Shown here: positions 39,849-49,495 of the stretch, piece after piece
How the letters are laid out: every line of letters starts with the position of its first letter
Position numbering within the stretch: position 1 is the stretch's first letter
NCBI GenBank assembly: GCA_011364985.1
Contig: RDOC01000004.1
Coordinates: 96,001 to 160,000, forward strand
DNA from: Candidatus Thorarchaeota archaeon
Lineage (GTDB): Archaea > Asgardarchaeota > Thorarchaeia > Thorarchaeales > Thorarchaeaceae
Direction: 5' to 3'
DNA: 64,000 nt
The notes under the pieces: generated by a model
What the model saw: only the letters and a program-made list of their open reading frames with translations
The model's database searches: none
What the model was told of the DNA's origin: nothing
Position numbers and translations under genes: made by a program

Positions 39849-42800
39849 ATGAGAGGTAGAAAGGGAAGAATAAACAGCCCAAGTGGCATCCTGAGTACTG
39901 CAATCTACATGGGTCTGGTCGCCCTGTGTCGAATCTCTAGAAACAGAGCAAGTAAGAAGACTAGAAAGTTCCACCGAAGTATCGAGAAGATGTGGGCATC
40001 AGCCCGAGAAGACTACAAGGTCCAAAAGGGCCTAAGACAGAATGACTTCTCGCCTATCAAAAATGCGGAACCAAACATGCGAGGACAATTTCTAAAATTT
40101 GTCTGGACAAGCACAAAACGATATGGAAACAAGGAGTTCAAGCGCGTCTATAGCTGGTTGGAAGGAACGGTTGGACCTCTCAATGCACTTCTGAACTATG
40201 CTGGAGCTTGCCTTCGAGACCTTGCTATGGTTCTATATCCTTTTCCACAGCCTCAGAGGTTCCAAATTCGTGAATGGCCGAACGGGACTAGAAGGATTCT
40301 CACTGAATCAGAAGCTAGTGAGATTACAAAGGATGGTACAGTAAAAGTCCACTGGCGGAGTGGGTATGAGAGGAATGGCAAGAATCCTCGAGTGTTACTC
40401 TCGCATCCAACCTTGCCTAGTCTGGATTTTGTAGACATGATACGGACACATTGCGTCGAGCTCTGTCGACAATGTTTTATCTATCACGTCCCTAGGACTG
40501 AGGCACATCGATACATACGCCTCCTTATTCATCGACTCAAGCCCTTCCTTGACTGGATCTACACAAATGGACAAGAGGGCCGTTCTGGGTTCAATCCTCA
40601 TGCTGACCATGAACTTAGGAAGATGGTCCTTGAGATAAGGTCACTCTATAGAAAAAGTGCTAAGACTAGTAGACGTATCTCGGGGCAGCATAACGAGAAA
40701 CCCATTGACCTCTCTCTTGAGAAAATCCGCCAGAAGGGCATCAAACAATTGGAAGAATCCACTGATGCAAAGGAAAGAAAGCTGTTACAGAAATTCCTAA
40801 ACTATATCGATACTGCATCAGGAGTCGTAGCACGACGTGATATCGAGAAACTAATAGGTCAGATATTGGCTCTTAGTTCACGAGAGGGTACTACTTGGCA
40901 CAGGGTCCTGCTCTCAGACCTCCACCATCCGAAGTCCCTTCGTCAGGTCATTTTTTCTGGGGATCAGCTGCTTACTTCATTCTCATCAATCCTAATAGTT
41001 GCGGAACTCCCTGTTGCAGGACATTCCGGACGAGTGGACCTGACCATTTTCATCAGAAGAGAGATTGCAGGAGAGGTCTTGTGGACTCCGGTGATGATCC
41101 TTGAGATTAAGACAAAGGCAACCTTTGATTTCAACCTCTACGGATTTGAACTCAAGCGAAAAAGAAAGCATGCTGTCACCCCTGCTTTCTACGCATGGAA
41201 ACGCACTATGACTGGGAATGAGTGGCAGAGCATTGTCAATGCAAGTCCCGACCCAGATGCCCTTAATCAACTTCGAGCCTATGAACAGGAGCTTATTGCA
41301 GAGTATAGACAGTTAGCCGCTCATGACCCAGCTCCGCCCTCCTCGCTTTGGAAAGGAGTCATTGTCTTGGATGCTGAAGCGAGTCCGGAGGACATATTTC
41401 CAGCCGTCCAGTTTCTTCTTGAAGATCTGAAGACTGGGCTCCTACAGCAGCTGATTGATCGAGATTCCTTCATTGCTGTTACACCAAAATCCCTAGCTTT
41501 AGAAGGGGACGATCCCAGGGTTTCTCTACTAGTTTCTCCAGCCAGGGGACCTACTGGATTACTCGGCGAGATGGAGCCTCCCACAAGTCTACCCATTGAC
41601 GATCCCTTTGCTGACCGAGAGAGCGACGACCGACTTCTAACACTCTATGTTTCCATTCCTTCTCCAACCTCCTCGGGAGTGACTGCAGCAAGACTCTCTC
41701 GAAACTGGCATCTCCTTCATCATATTCAGGAGTGTATTGAAACAATCTCCTCCATAGAAGATGTGGTGTGGCTAGACCTTATGGGGGATTACAAGAGCGA
41801 TGAGCTTGTCAAGAAACGATTCGGCTTGCATTCCTTGAGACAGGAGAAGATGATATCCAAGAAGTCCTTTCGGGAACTCACCTCAATCCTTCAATCCATC
41901 AGGTTTCTCGACCTGAGTCCATTCATGAACGGGATTCTTACCGAAGGCGCACAGGCATTTAGCAGCCTACTAAACCATATTGCAGCTACAATCCCAGCTG
42001 AGAATGGAGAACAGATCATCATCCTTGATGGATGGACAGACCTGCAAGATATGATTCCAAGACATCAACAGCACCTACTTCGTATCCTTGAGCGAAAACT
42101 GCTTCATGCGCTCCCTCAATCAAATGTTAACATCATCTGGATTGATGACGGTGTGCCCCATACTAAGATGAACCCAGACTACCAGCGTCAGTGCATCAGT
42201 CCTCTTAGGTATGACTCCCTCCGCAAGACTCATGTTGATGAGTTCATCTACAATATGCCAATACCCTCTCCTAGGTTCTGGTGGACAAATCCACAACATG
42301 ATGATATTCGAATCATTGTGCAAGACACCCCGACCAGAGAAAACCCCTGGAAGACGGCAATCTACGTTCCACAACTTTCGGGACTTGCAGAGAAGTTTAG
42401 AGGTCTTGCCAAGCGGGACAGAGTCATTGCTCCTAAGGAAATAGCACAGGATTTGGAAGGGAAGAAACCTATGTATGGACGAGATGTGACCCTGTGTCGC
42501 ATTCATCCATCTTCAGGTATTCTCTCAGAGGATGAACTCTCTGACCTTCTAGAAGATGCGCTCACTCTTGTGCCCAGTACCCTGAGAGAGAGGATGCCCC
42601 GACTAGAAGAAGAGTGTGAAGAAATCCAGATTTCTGAAGATGCTATCTGGCAATCTGTTATCCAGACGACTAGCTCTGCAAGCGGTTCTACGATGGAAGA
42701 AAGGATGAGAATTGATGTAACAAGACCACCCCCACGACCAGGGGGAACTGACCGATACATCGATGTTCTCATCAATGCTAAAAGAGAGCGGATTACAAGA

Positions 42801-45173
42801 TCTTGGTCCTATGACCAGACCCCCAAGCAATTTCCTGATGATGCAGATGAGTCTTATCTGTGTACATTCCCTCCAGAGTTGACGATCTCTGATGCAGTAG
42901 AGATCGACTCCATTGAAACCCGTGAACGAGAGCTTGGACGGCTCAAATCAGCAACCAGATACCTGAAGCAACAGACCTTCCTCTCACAGAAACTAAGGAA
43001 AATGTGCAGGAGGATTGAGAGGCATTGCAATCAGCAATTTGCTCTCATTAAAGACAACCCCTCACTGAAGACCAGTAACTTCTTCTTTAAAGCACTCAAA
43101 CAGGTCGAAACAATTATCCTAGAGGACACGCTAGGAGCAACTATCTGGGAAACACTCCGTTCATCTCGACAAGAACTACTTGATGTTCTGAACTCAGACA
43201 ACAGACAATTCTTAGAGGAGGTCATGAAGGAAACACCTGATGCTCTCCTGCTCTATGGCAATAATCTTGTCCTAGCAATTGTTTCTGTTCTCAAGGACAG
43301 CAACTTGTCTTTAGCAAAGCCTCTCTGGGAGTCTGTTGCTAGGTGGACATTATATCAGATAGGAATGAACAGTGACAATGATATCACAAAGACAGTCTAT
43401 AGCTTTCGAGCAATTCTCTCCAACCTGAGAGCGCGCATCAATACTCTTTCGCATCTCAATCTCCCTGAGATGATTCTGGAACAAGAGCAGGTTGGTGCGA
43501 TCATTTGGATGGAGTCTGAGGCCAGGTATGATGCACTTCTTCTAATATCTCATGATAATACTGGCTTTCTAATTGGCATTATTGAGGGACTAAACAATAG
43601 ATGGATTCCAGCAAAATGGCACTCCTGTAAGACAACTCCCCAGCAGTTAAAACACCATGTGCAGAACGCTCTCACATCCACAGATAGGACACCTGTTATC
43701 ACGACCACGGTTAGAGATTTGAGTGTCCTCCTGATACCTGCGTTGACCGAGGATGATGAACTCGTCTGGAGCTGCTTCTCTCTGAAGCATGGTAGACCCA
43801 GCGGACGACGAAACAGTATTCCATGGATAAAGCTAGAACCTGCTGAATCTCTGGCAGCGCCCAGCCACGTACCTGAGATCCCAGACGAAATTGACGAAAC
43901 TCTCCGGAAGATAATTCGGGTCAAGCACAGCATCACTCCTGTAAAGCTCCTCGTTGGTATAGATGAGGAGCTTGAGGTCTACGAAGTTCAGTTAACGGGC
44001 GAAGGCATTGAAGAACGACGTAAGTTCAGACGAACCAGAGAAGCGGTTCGATTTCTCAGAACTCCAATCAGAGAGGGAGTGGGGTATCGGTGGCAGGGAC
44101 AGACTCTCACTTGGGACCATCGCAAAGATATCGATTATGGCGATTCACTCTCTTTTCTCAGACCTCTTATTCATCGGAGCAAGTTCTACCCCGATATCTA
44201 TCATTATCCAAAGACATGCAAGGACCTCCTTACCGCAAGCAAAGGACATGAGATAATCATGGTCATCAGTCAAGAGGGACCGACATACCGGGTCAAGTTT
44301 CAGGATCTCCCAGACCAATCTGCTCTGAGAGAACTGGAGATAGCGGAACTGGACATCCATGCACTGGGCCTACTTGCAGAGTGCAAGGAACTCTTTGACC
44401 TCGGAAGCAGGACTTGGCACCCATTAGTGCTAGATGTCAACGCTATCATGGACCTCTGGTTCCCCAAGCTTCATGAATACCCCCGGCTAATTGAGGCGAT
44501 TCAGGCCGCTGATGTTAACGAGTTCAACTGGTCAAGAGAAACATGGTTCATAGAGATTAGGCTTTGGAGAAATGAACTGAGATGGTGCATCATGTCGAAG
44601 ACAACAGGACTGCCTTGGATGAACAGGGAATTCACATATATCCTTACTCTTGGAAGAGAGCCTGATAAGGAGTTGGAGGCTTTCAAGGAGGTGGTCACGG
44701 CCATTGTTCAGCCAGAGCATCTCTGCAATCTGGATGACGAGCTTGAAACGTACAAGGTGACACTCAAGGAGAGGTATAGTGAATACCTTCGGACTGTCAG
44801 TGTGGAAGACGCGGATGAGAGAAAAGCTGAAGATGAGCTGGAGAAAGCTGCTGCTATAGGCGCTCCATGGGAGAGAATAGCGTTCAGGTATAGCGGAATG
44901 AAACTCAGGAGAATAAAAAGAAACACCGTGGTTGTTGTTTCCTTGGTGTCCGGCGAAGAAGAAGCAGAGGTGTACGTGGTGAGGGATGTCCAAAGGTATG
45001 TGAATGAATCTCGGTCAGCAGGTGCAATCCACTCAGAACCTGTTGATGATGAGGTGAAGGAGAGTCTTGCAGACTATGAGTTTGAGAAGGGCGAGCTTGA
45101 AAGAATCAAGGCGGCTGTCAGGAAAGTGTTGGAGGAGGAAGGAGTCAGGTTTTCTAATGAACAGGCCTTTTAG
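39849..45173 (+). CDS. 1774-aa protein with PD-(D/E)xK nuclease domain and possible degenerate P-loop domain
   Basis: AELPV...GRVDL...ILEIKTK...QLRAY (E..D..ExK plus QxxxY); later SPTSSGVT and IIILDG. Confidence 0.7.
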   Translation: MRGRKGRINSPSGILSTAIYMGLVALCRISRNRASKKTRKFHRSIEKMWASAREDYKVQKGLRQNDFSPIKNAEPNMRGQFLKFVWTSTKRYGNKEFKRVYSWLEGTVGPLNALLNYAGACLRDLAMVLYPFPQPQRFQIREWPNGTRRILTESEASEITKDGTVKVHWRSGYERNGKNPRVLLSHPTLPSLDFVDMIRTHCVELCRQCFIYHVPRTEAHRYIRLLIHRLKPFLDWIYTNGQEGRSGFNPHADHELRKMVLEIRSLYRKSAKTSRRISGQHNEKPIDLSLEKIRQKGIKQLEESTDAKERKLLQKFLNYIDTASGVVARRDIEKLIGQILALSSREGTTWHRVLLSDLHHPKSLRQVIFSGDQLLTSFSSILIVAELPVAGHSGRVDLTIFIRREIAGEVLWTPVMILEIKTKATFDFNLYGFELKRKRKHAVTPAFYAWKRTMTGNEWQSIVNASPDPDALNQLRAYEQELIAEYRQLAAHDPAPPSSLWKGVIVLDAEASPEDIFPAVQFLLEDLKTGLLQQLIDRDSFIAVTPKSLALEGDDPRVSLLVSPARGPTGLLGEMEPPTSLPIDDPFADRESDDRLLTLYVSIPSPTSSGVTAARLSRNWHLLHHIQECIETISSIEDVVWLDLMGDYKSDELVKKRFGLHSLRQEKMISKKSFRELTSILQSIRFLDLSPFMNGILTEGAQAFSSLLNHIAATIPAENGEQIIILDGWTDLQDMIPRHQQHLLRILERKLLHALPQSNVNIIWIDDGVPHTKMNPDYQRQCISPLRYDSLRKTHVDEFIYNMPIPSPRFWWTNPQHDDIRIIVQDTPTRENPWKTAIYVPQLSGLAEKFRGLAKRDRVIAPKEIAQDLEGKKPMYGRDVTLCRIHPSSGILSEDELSDLLEDALTLVPSTLRERMPRLEEECEEIQISEDAIWQSVIQTTSSASGSTMEERMRIDVTRPPPRPGGTDRYIDVLINAKRERITRSWSYDQTPKQFPDDADESYLCTFPPELTISDAVEIDSIETRERELGRLKSATRYLKQQTFLSQKLRKMCRRIERHCNQQFALIKDNPSLKTSNFFFKALKQVETIILEDTLGATIWETLRSSRQELLDVLNSDNRQFLEEVMKETPDALLLYGNNLVLAIVSVLKDSNLSLAKPLWESVARWTLYQIGMNSDNDITKTVYSFRAILSNLRARINTLSHLNLPEMILEQEQVGAIIWMESEARYDALLLISHDNTGFLIGIIEGLNNRWIPAKWHSCKTTPQQLKHHVQNALTSTDRTPVITTTVRDLSVLLIPALTEDDELVWSCFSLKHGRPSGRRNSIPWIKLEPAESLAAPSHVPEIPDEIDETLRKIIRVKHSITPVKLLVGIDEELEVYEVQLTGEGIEERRKFRRTREAVRFLRTPIREGVGYRWQGQTLTWDHRKDIDYGDSLSFLRPLIHRSKFYPDIYHYPKTCKDLLTASKGHEIIMVISQEGPTYRVKFQDLPDQSALRELEIAELDIHALGLLAECKELFDLGSRTWHPLVLDVNAIMDLWFPKLHEYPRLIEAIQAADVNEFNWSRETWFIEIRLWRNELRWCIMSKTTGLPWMNREFTYILTLGREPDKELEAFKEVVTAIVQPEHLCNLDDELETYKVTLKERYSEYLRTVSVEDADERKAEDELEKAAAIGAPWERIAFRYSGMKLRRIKRNTVVVVSLVSGEEEAEVYVVRDVQRYVNESRSAGAIHSEPVDDEVKESLADYEFEKGELERIKAAVRKVLEEEGVRFSNEQAF

Positions 45174-45174
45174 A

Positions 45175-45320
45175 CTAATGAGCACACAACTCGTAGACCC
45201 TTCATGAGAAGAAGGCGATGAGAGATATCATGTCAGAAACCAGCTCCTTCTGTGGACTCTGCTGTTCTGGTATATAGAGAATCTCAACACCCACTCCATA
45301 GTCCTTGAGGATCCCTAGAA
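45175..45320 (-). pseudogene. tnpA: C-terminal remnant of IS607-family TnpA serine recombinase
   Basis: ILKDYGVGVEILYIPEQQSPQKELVSDMISLIAFFS*RVYELCAH*, resembling the IS607 GV.I.V...S.EEELVEDL.SI..SFSGRLYG.R pattern; TGA at 45202-04. Confidence 0.75.
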
Positions 45321-45500
45321 GAATGCTGGTGACCTTGACATCCTACTCGGTGTTTAGGACTGACCTAGTCTTTAAAGCAGTCATCTTACCCTTTGTCAAG
45401 AAAAAAAGCAGTGTTTTTTTCTCAAGGATTTTCAGTGGGAAGCTAATATTGAACATACGGAAACACGAGCGAAGAACGAGGTGAGATACATGCAGAGATT

Positions 45501-45539
45501 AGCCACAATCCTTTATGTTACCATTACACCACTCGGGCC
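45501..45539 (-). pseudogene. 5' half of the disrupted tRNA-His(GTG)
   Basis: GGCCCGAGTGGTGTAATGGTAACATAAAGGATTGTGGCT; 34/39 identical to the intact copy; ends just past the anticodon loop. Confidence 0.88.
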
Positions 45540-45687
45540 ATTGTTTACTAAGAAGCCAGCGATGACCAGCTCGTTTGTTTTTTCTTATTAGGTTATCCGT
45601 TTAGCAACTCCACAAGCATCCCAAACAAAAGCATGGCATGATTCAAAAACATCTTCCATCAATCGGAAGCGAGGAGATTGTAATAGG

Positions 45688-46248
45688 GTGAGTGAAGTGG
45701 AGAAACTAACAAATGCATTGGATAAGCATGCAACATTACGGAATTTGGCACTAGCGATAGTTGTCTGCATTGTTGTTATTGCGATCATGGGTTATGCTAC
45801 CGAGACCCTCGTTTACACCGTCTTTGGCGACACGACAATGCCCGATACTAGGCTATGGTACAGCTATGGAGAGATACTCAGCGCTTTCATCATCTTGGGT
45901 CCAGAGGGACTCCAGATTTGGTCGCAAGTCCATCTGCTTGACCTACTACTTCCGCTAGCCTATTCCTTTTCATTGGTGTTTGGAATATTGATGGAACTCA
46001 GAGTTGTTCTTCCTGATAGACGAAATCTGCGGCAGCTTGGCCTTCTTCCGCTCTTGGCTGCAATTGCAGACTACCTTGAAAATACACTAATCGCATCTCA
46101 AATAGCAGCATATCCTAATCTCTCCGAGCCTGTCATCGAAGTGGCAAGCGTTGTGACCACCACAAAATGGGTTCTGTTAGGGACTTCCTTTGCCATTGTC
46201 TTCTTCCTTCTAATGCTTCTGATATACAACAGAGCGGCAAAGAAATAG
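45688..46248 (+). CDS. 4-TM membrane protein
   Basis: PD.R..YS, D...P..Y, D..EN motifs and TM helices. Confidence 0.75.
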   Translation: MSEVEKLTNALDKHATLRNLALAIVVCIVVIAIMGYATETLVYTVFGDTTMPDTRLWYSYGEILSAFIILGPEGLQIWSQVHLLDLLLPLAYSFSLVFGILMELRVVLPDRRNLRQLGLLPLLAAIADYLENTLIASQIAAYPNLSEPVIEVASVVTTTKWVLLGTSFAIVFFLLMLLIYNRAAKK

Positions 46249-46585
46249 AGTGTTAGGTGAAGATCCGCTCCTCCGCAGGTCTTCAAGATATGAGAGATCT
46301 ATCTGTCGAATCGGGTTAGAGGAGGAGCTCTTACATCCTCCCCAACTAGAGGATAATAAGAGGAGGAGGAGAGGCAAGCTACATGATCTGAGGAGGTCTT
46401 CCTATTGCGAATTATCTGAATCGTCATTTTTCTTCATCTGTAAACAATCGTACCTTGACCGAATATTACTTGCTGGCCAATTGCAGCTGAAGAAACAGGC
46501 ATATTTCGAGAGAATTTCTTTCAGGAATCGCAAGCAGGATTGCGGAGGCGATACGACCAGAAACTCAGAAGAATGATGCCATTTG

Positions 46586-47503
46586 CTATATCCCTGCCTT
46601 TTCCAACATCTGTCTGAGCTTAATCTCGCCCAGATACGGGTACTTCAAGCTTGAGTACGAAACCAAGGTTGCGGTTGACCGTACATGGTCCAGTCCTCTG
46701 ATTTTCTTTGCAATTGCCTCTGCCTCATACAAAGTATCAACCACAAACTCTGCAAACAGAATGGAATCTGTTGCCGATACCCAAGGACTCCAAAACTCAA
46801 CTGGATACTCATTATGAAGCCATTCGATCATATCATTCATGGAGACCTTCTTCTCGTCTAAGTCAATTCTGATATTGATGTTTACAAGACCGCCTGCCGC
46901 AAGATCAGGTCTAGCTGCAAACCAAGCGGCCTCCTCTTCAGCAATTTCATCAAGGGCACGGCGTACGGTTTTTGAGGACAACCCAGACTCCCTTGCAATA
47001 TCGGCAATGAGTCTTCGAGGGGCATCAATTAGAGCTTTGAGAACCTTGAGATGCACTTTCTTGAACCTAAACTTCAAGCCTCTGTCATTAGTCAAAAGTG
47101 GATGCATCTCAACCTTCAGCGTTTCATTCAAACCTCTTAGGAAGGCTCCAATCTCATGAAGCATCTCTGTACCAATGTATTGTCCCCAGACCAAGTAAGC
47201 ACCACCGCCCACAGTTGCAAGGAGACTGATATGACCAATCATCGAATTTCTACCCATGATATCAACAAACTCATCAATGTTCTCAGTACCATCGGTGACA
47301 ACAATTGCCTGAAAGTCGTTAGCTCCTATTACCTCCCTATCTAGAGCAACGAAGAATTTGGCCACAACACCTGTATCAATCAGACCTGCAACTCTATTCT
47401 TAACTGCATTTGGACTTAGACCTGTTTCTCTTGCAAGGCTTTCATAACTCACTCGGCAATTCGTGCAGAGATTGGAGAGGATCTTCTTGTCAATTCTGTC
47501 CAA
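46586..47503 (-). CDS. tandem Lrp/AsnC-type HTH regulator
   Basis: Two HTH units (D.IDKKIL..L..NCR.SY..LA; LKALIDAPR..IADIA..SGLS.KTVRR.L). Confidence 0.85.
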   Translation of the reverse strand: MDRIDKKILSNLCTNCRVSYESLARETGLSPNAVKNRVAGLIDTGVVAKFFVALDREVIGANDFQAIVVTDGTENIDEFVDIMGRNSMIGHISLLATVGGGAYLVWGQYIGTEMLHEIGAFLRGLNETLKVEMHPLLTNDRGLKFRFKKVHLKVLKALIDAPRRLIADIARESGLSSKTVRRALDEIAEEEAAWFAARPDLAAGGLVNINIRIDLDEKKVSMNDMIEWLHNEYPVEFWSPWVSATDSILFAEFVVDTLYEAEAIAKKIRGLDHVRSTATLVSYSSLKYPYLGEIKLRQMLEKAGI

Positions 47504-47565
47504 TGGTAGACCTCCGTGGAAATATCCGACAAGGGAATCCTAATATTGCTAGATTGATATCTGCA

Positions 47566-47922
47566 TTACGAAGGGCCACTCAATACGCCCTTCAAGTTGT
47601 CTATTTCCTCTTCCAAATCATCAACCTTTTCAGAGAGTGCGATAACGGAATTTAGTAGCATGGAAATGATATAACCATGATTCACTGAGTATCCCTGTTC
47701 TCGCTCTATCAATTCAGCCTCTTCTAGCCTCCGAGCAGCATTAGTCACAGACTGCTTGGACAACTTCCTCTCCTTGATTGGTCGGTTTACCGTTTCTCGG
47801 ACTTTGGTGGGAGAAATCACCGGACCTTTCAAGGGAGCCAGCAGACTATGAAGCAGCAGCAGTCCTGCACTCATACGTGGATTCCTGATCTTCTCAAATG
47901 CCAATTCCAGTTGATCCTTCAA
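47566..47922 (-). CDS. winged-helix protein with C-terminal coiled coil
   Basis: LSKQSVTNAARRLEEAELIER; LSEKVDDLEEEIDNLK. Confidence 0.65.
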   Translation of the reverse strand: MKDQLELAFEKIRNPRMSAGLLLLHSLLAPLKGPVISPTKVRETVNRPIKERKLSKQSVTNAARRLEEAELIEREQGYSVNHGYIISMLLNSVIALSEKVDDLEEEIDNLKGVLSGPS

Positions 47923-48155
47923 TGTTTTGCGCCCCCGATGATTTCATGATTACGTGGAGCAGTAAACGCATAGTCCATGAAAAAGCTTCTTGTTATTAGA
48001 AACCGACCAGAAATGATACACTGCGGAATTCTGAGTAGAGCAACGTTTACTGACTCAGAGGTAACCTCGAAAGATGAATTGCTATTTCAAATCGTATCTG
48101 ATAGGTCATGTCAAAACAATGAAAAGACAGTTACTCTGAAATGCTTTGACTTCAA

Positions 48156-48842
48156 TTGCAGACAGACATCAACCGAATAGTGTTCATCCCGGTAATCCAC
48201 ACGGACAAAGAGAGTGTGGATAGGGTGATTCAGACAGTGAATTCAGTGAAACCCGACGTGGTAGCCGTTGAACTAGATAGAGAACGGTACTATCAGTTGA
48301 CAGAGGCAAAAGCCGGCAAGAATGCGACACCGCAAAAAATGGCAGAAGACGCTGTACAAGGCCTTATGCAAAACCTAGCGATACTGGAACAAAGACTGGG
48401 GGAGACAACTGGGTCAAGTGTGGGAGAGGAAATGATCGCCGCGATTGAGGAAGGAAGAAGAATTGGGGCCAAGATCGCTCTTGTGGACAGACCACTTCAT
48501 CTCACAGTGCAGGCCCTGATGTCTGTGCCTTTAGATGAGATCTACAGGTTAACGGGTCTTGTCCCAGAAGCAAATGAAGAGATCGTTCAAGGGGATTCCA
48601 AGGACATTTTTGGGATATTAAAGGAAGAAGGAGCAATTGCAGACTTGATGAAGGACTTTGAAAACGAGTTTCCTTTGACCGCAGAAGCACTTATTCATCA
48701 GCGAGACCGCTATGTGGCAAATGCTCTTGTGACGATCTTAGATGACGTTGAGGGGAGAATTGTCGTCGTATTAGGAGCTGGGCATATCAACGGCGTTCAG
48801 AAAGTACTCAAGGAGCTTTTAGAAAAACAAAGCGCATCCTAG
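48156..48842 (+). CDS. TraB/PrgY family protein
   Basis: H...S, PD.VAVELD..R, G.EM..A, LVDR, RD..., VV.LGAGH..G. Confidence 0.88.
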   Translation: MQTDINRIVFIPVIHTDKESVDRVIQTVNSVKPDVVAVELDRERYYQLTEAKAGKNATPQKMAEDAVQGLMQNLAILEQRLGETTGSSVGEEMIAAIEEGRRIGAKIALVDRPLHLTVQALMSVPLDEIYRLTGLVPEANEEIVQGDSKDIFGILKEEGAIADLMKDFENEFPLTAEALIHQRDRYVANALVTILDDVEGRIVVVLGAGHINGVQKVLKELLEKQSAS

Positions 48843-49489
48843 AGTCCGAGTCCCTCGATCAGTCTGTCGATGCCAGTGTCACTCTTGGCGCTTACACTAT
48901 ACACGGGAATTCTTGCATCAACCTCTCGTACATCATTGACCAAGGAATCAACATCAACTCCGATTGCCTCTGCAAGATCTATTTTGTTTATGACAACCAT
49001 ATCCGACCTCTTTATTGTTAGAGGATGCTTTCTAACCATGTAAGGACCCTCTGTGACGCTTACTACGACAACTTTCTTGTCAACACCAAGAGAATAACCT
49101 GCAGGACAGATTAGATTGCCAACATTTTCAATAAATACGAGATCGTAGAGCGATAGGTCGACATCATTTAGTGCAACACGAACCATTCGGGCATCTAAAT
49201 GGCAGGCAGTTCGTGTATTAATCTGAACTGTATCCACTCCGTGAGATGATACACGGTCAGCATCAATAGTAGTAGCAAGGTCACCCGCAATCATAAGAAT
49301 TCGATACATGCCCTTAAGGCGGTCACAAAGAGCTTCGATGATTTGGGTCTTTCCTGTACCAACAGAGCCCATGATGTCGATTGCTGTGATTCCATGATCC
49401 TTGAATGTAGCTGCATTCATGGCTGCAGCTTCTTCATTCGCACCAAAGAGGTCCTTCCTAATATCGATTTCAACGGTTCGTTCTGGCAT
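48839..49489 (-). CDS. hypB: hydrogenase nickel incorporation GTPase HypB
   Basis: GSVGTGKT, GDLAT..DA, CHLDA, IENVGNLICPA, SVTEG, NKIDL. Confidence 0.93.
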   Translation of the reverse strand: MPERTVEIDIRKDLFGANEEAAAMNAATFKDHGITAIDIMGSVGTGKTQIIEALCDRLKGMYRILMIAGDLATTIDADRVSSHGVDTVQINTRTACHLDARMVRVALNDVDLSLYDLVFIENVGNLICPAGYSLGVDKKVVVVSVTEGPYMVRKHPLTIKRSDMVVINKIDLAEAIGVDVDSLVNDVREVDARIPVYSVSAKSDTGIDRLIEGLGL

Positions 49490-49495
49490 TGTTAA

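Larger units (their letters stand above)
37470..45502 (-). mobile_element. IS607-derived composite element (tnpA remnant, large nuclease cargo, large TnpB) inserted in the tRNA-His anticodon loop
   Basis: Bounded by TGTGG(CT) at both junctions, with tRNA-His 5' half on one side and the continuing anticodon-arm sequence on the other; may extend to 36877. Confidence 0.7.

Noticed and set aside
37470-45502. The 8-kb insert as a giant spliceable BHB tRNA intron (it sits at canonical position 37/38)
   Set aside because: The required central helix (exon TTGT versus insert-end CTGT) does not pair, and about 8 nt of the variable loop/T-stem are missing, so splicing could not rebuild the tRNA. No group I core was recognised.
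36855-45539. Trans-spliced split tRNA-His
   Set aside because: No long complementary leader/trailer sequences flank the pieces, and the pieces do not add up to a full tRNA.
37380-45690. CRISPR array associated with the Cas12-like gene
   Set aside because: No regularly spaced direct repeats were seen in any adjacent intergenic region, and there is no cas1/cas2.
46250-46576. 108-aa ORF or structured RNA between convergent genes
   Set aside because: Low-complexity purine-rich sequence with no recognisable protein motif and only short, unconvincing hairpins.
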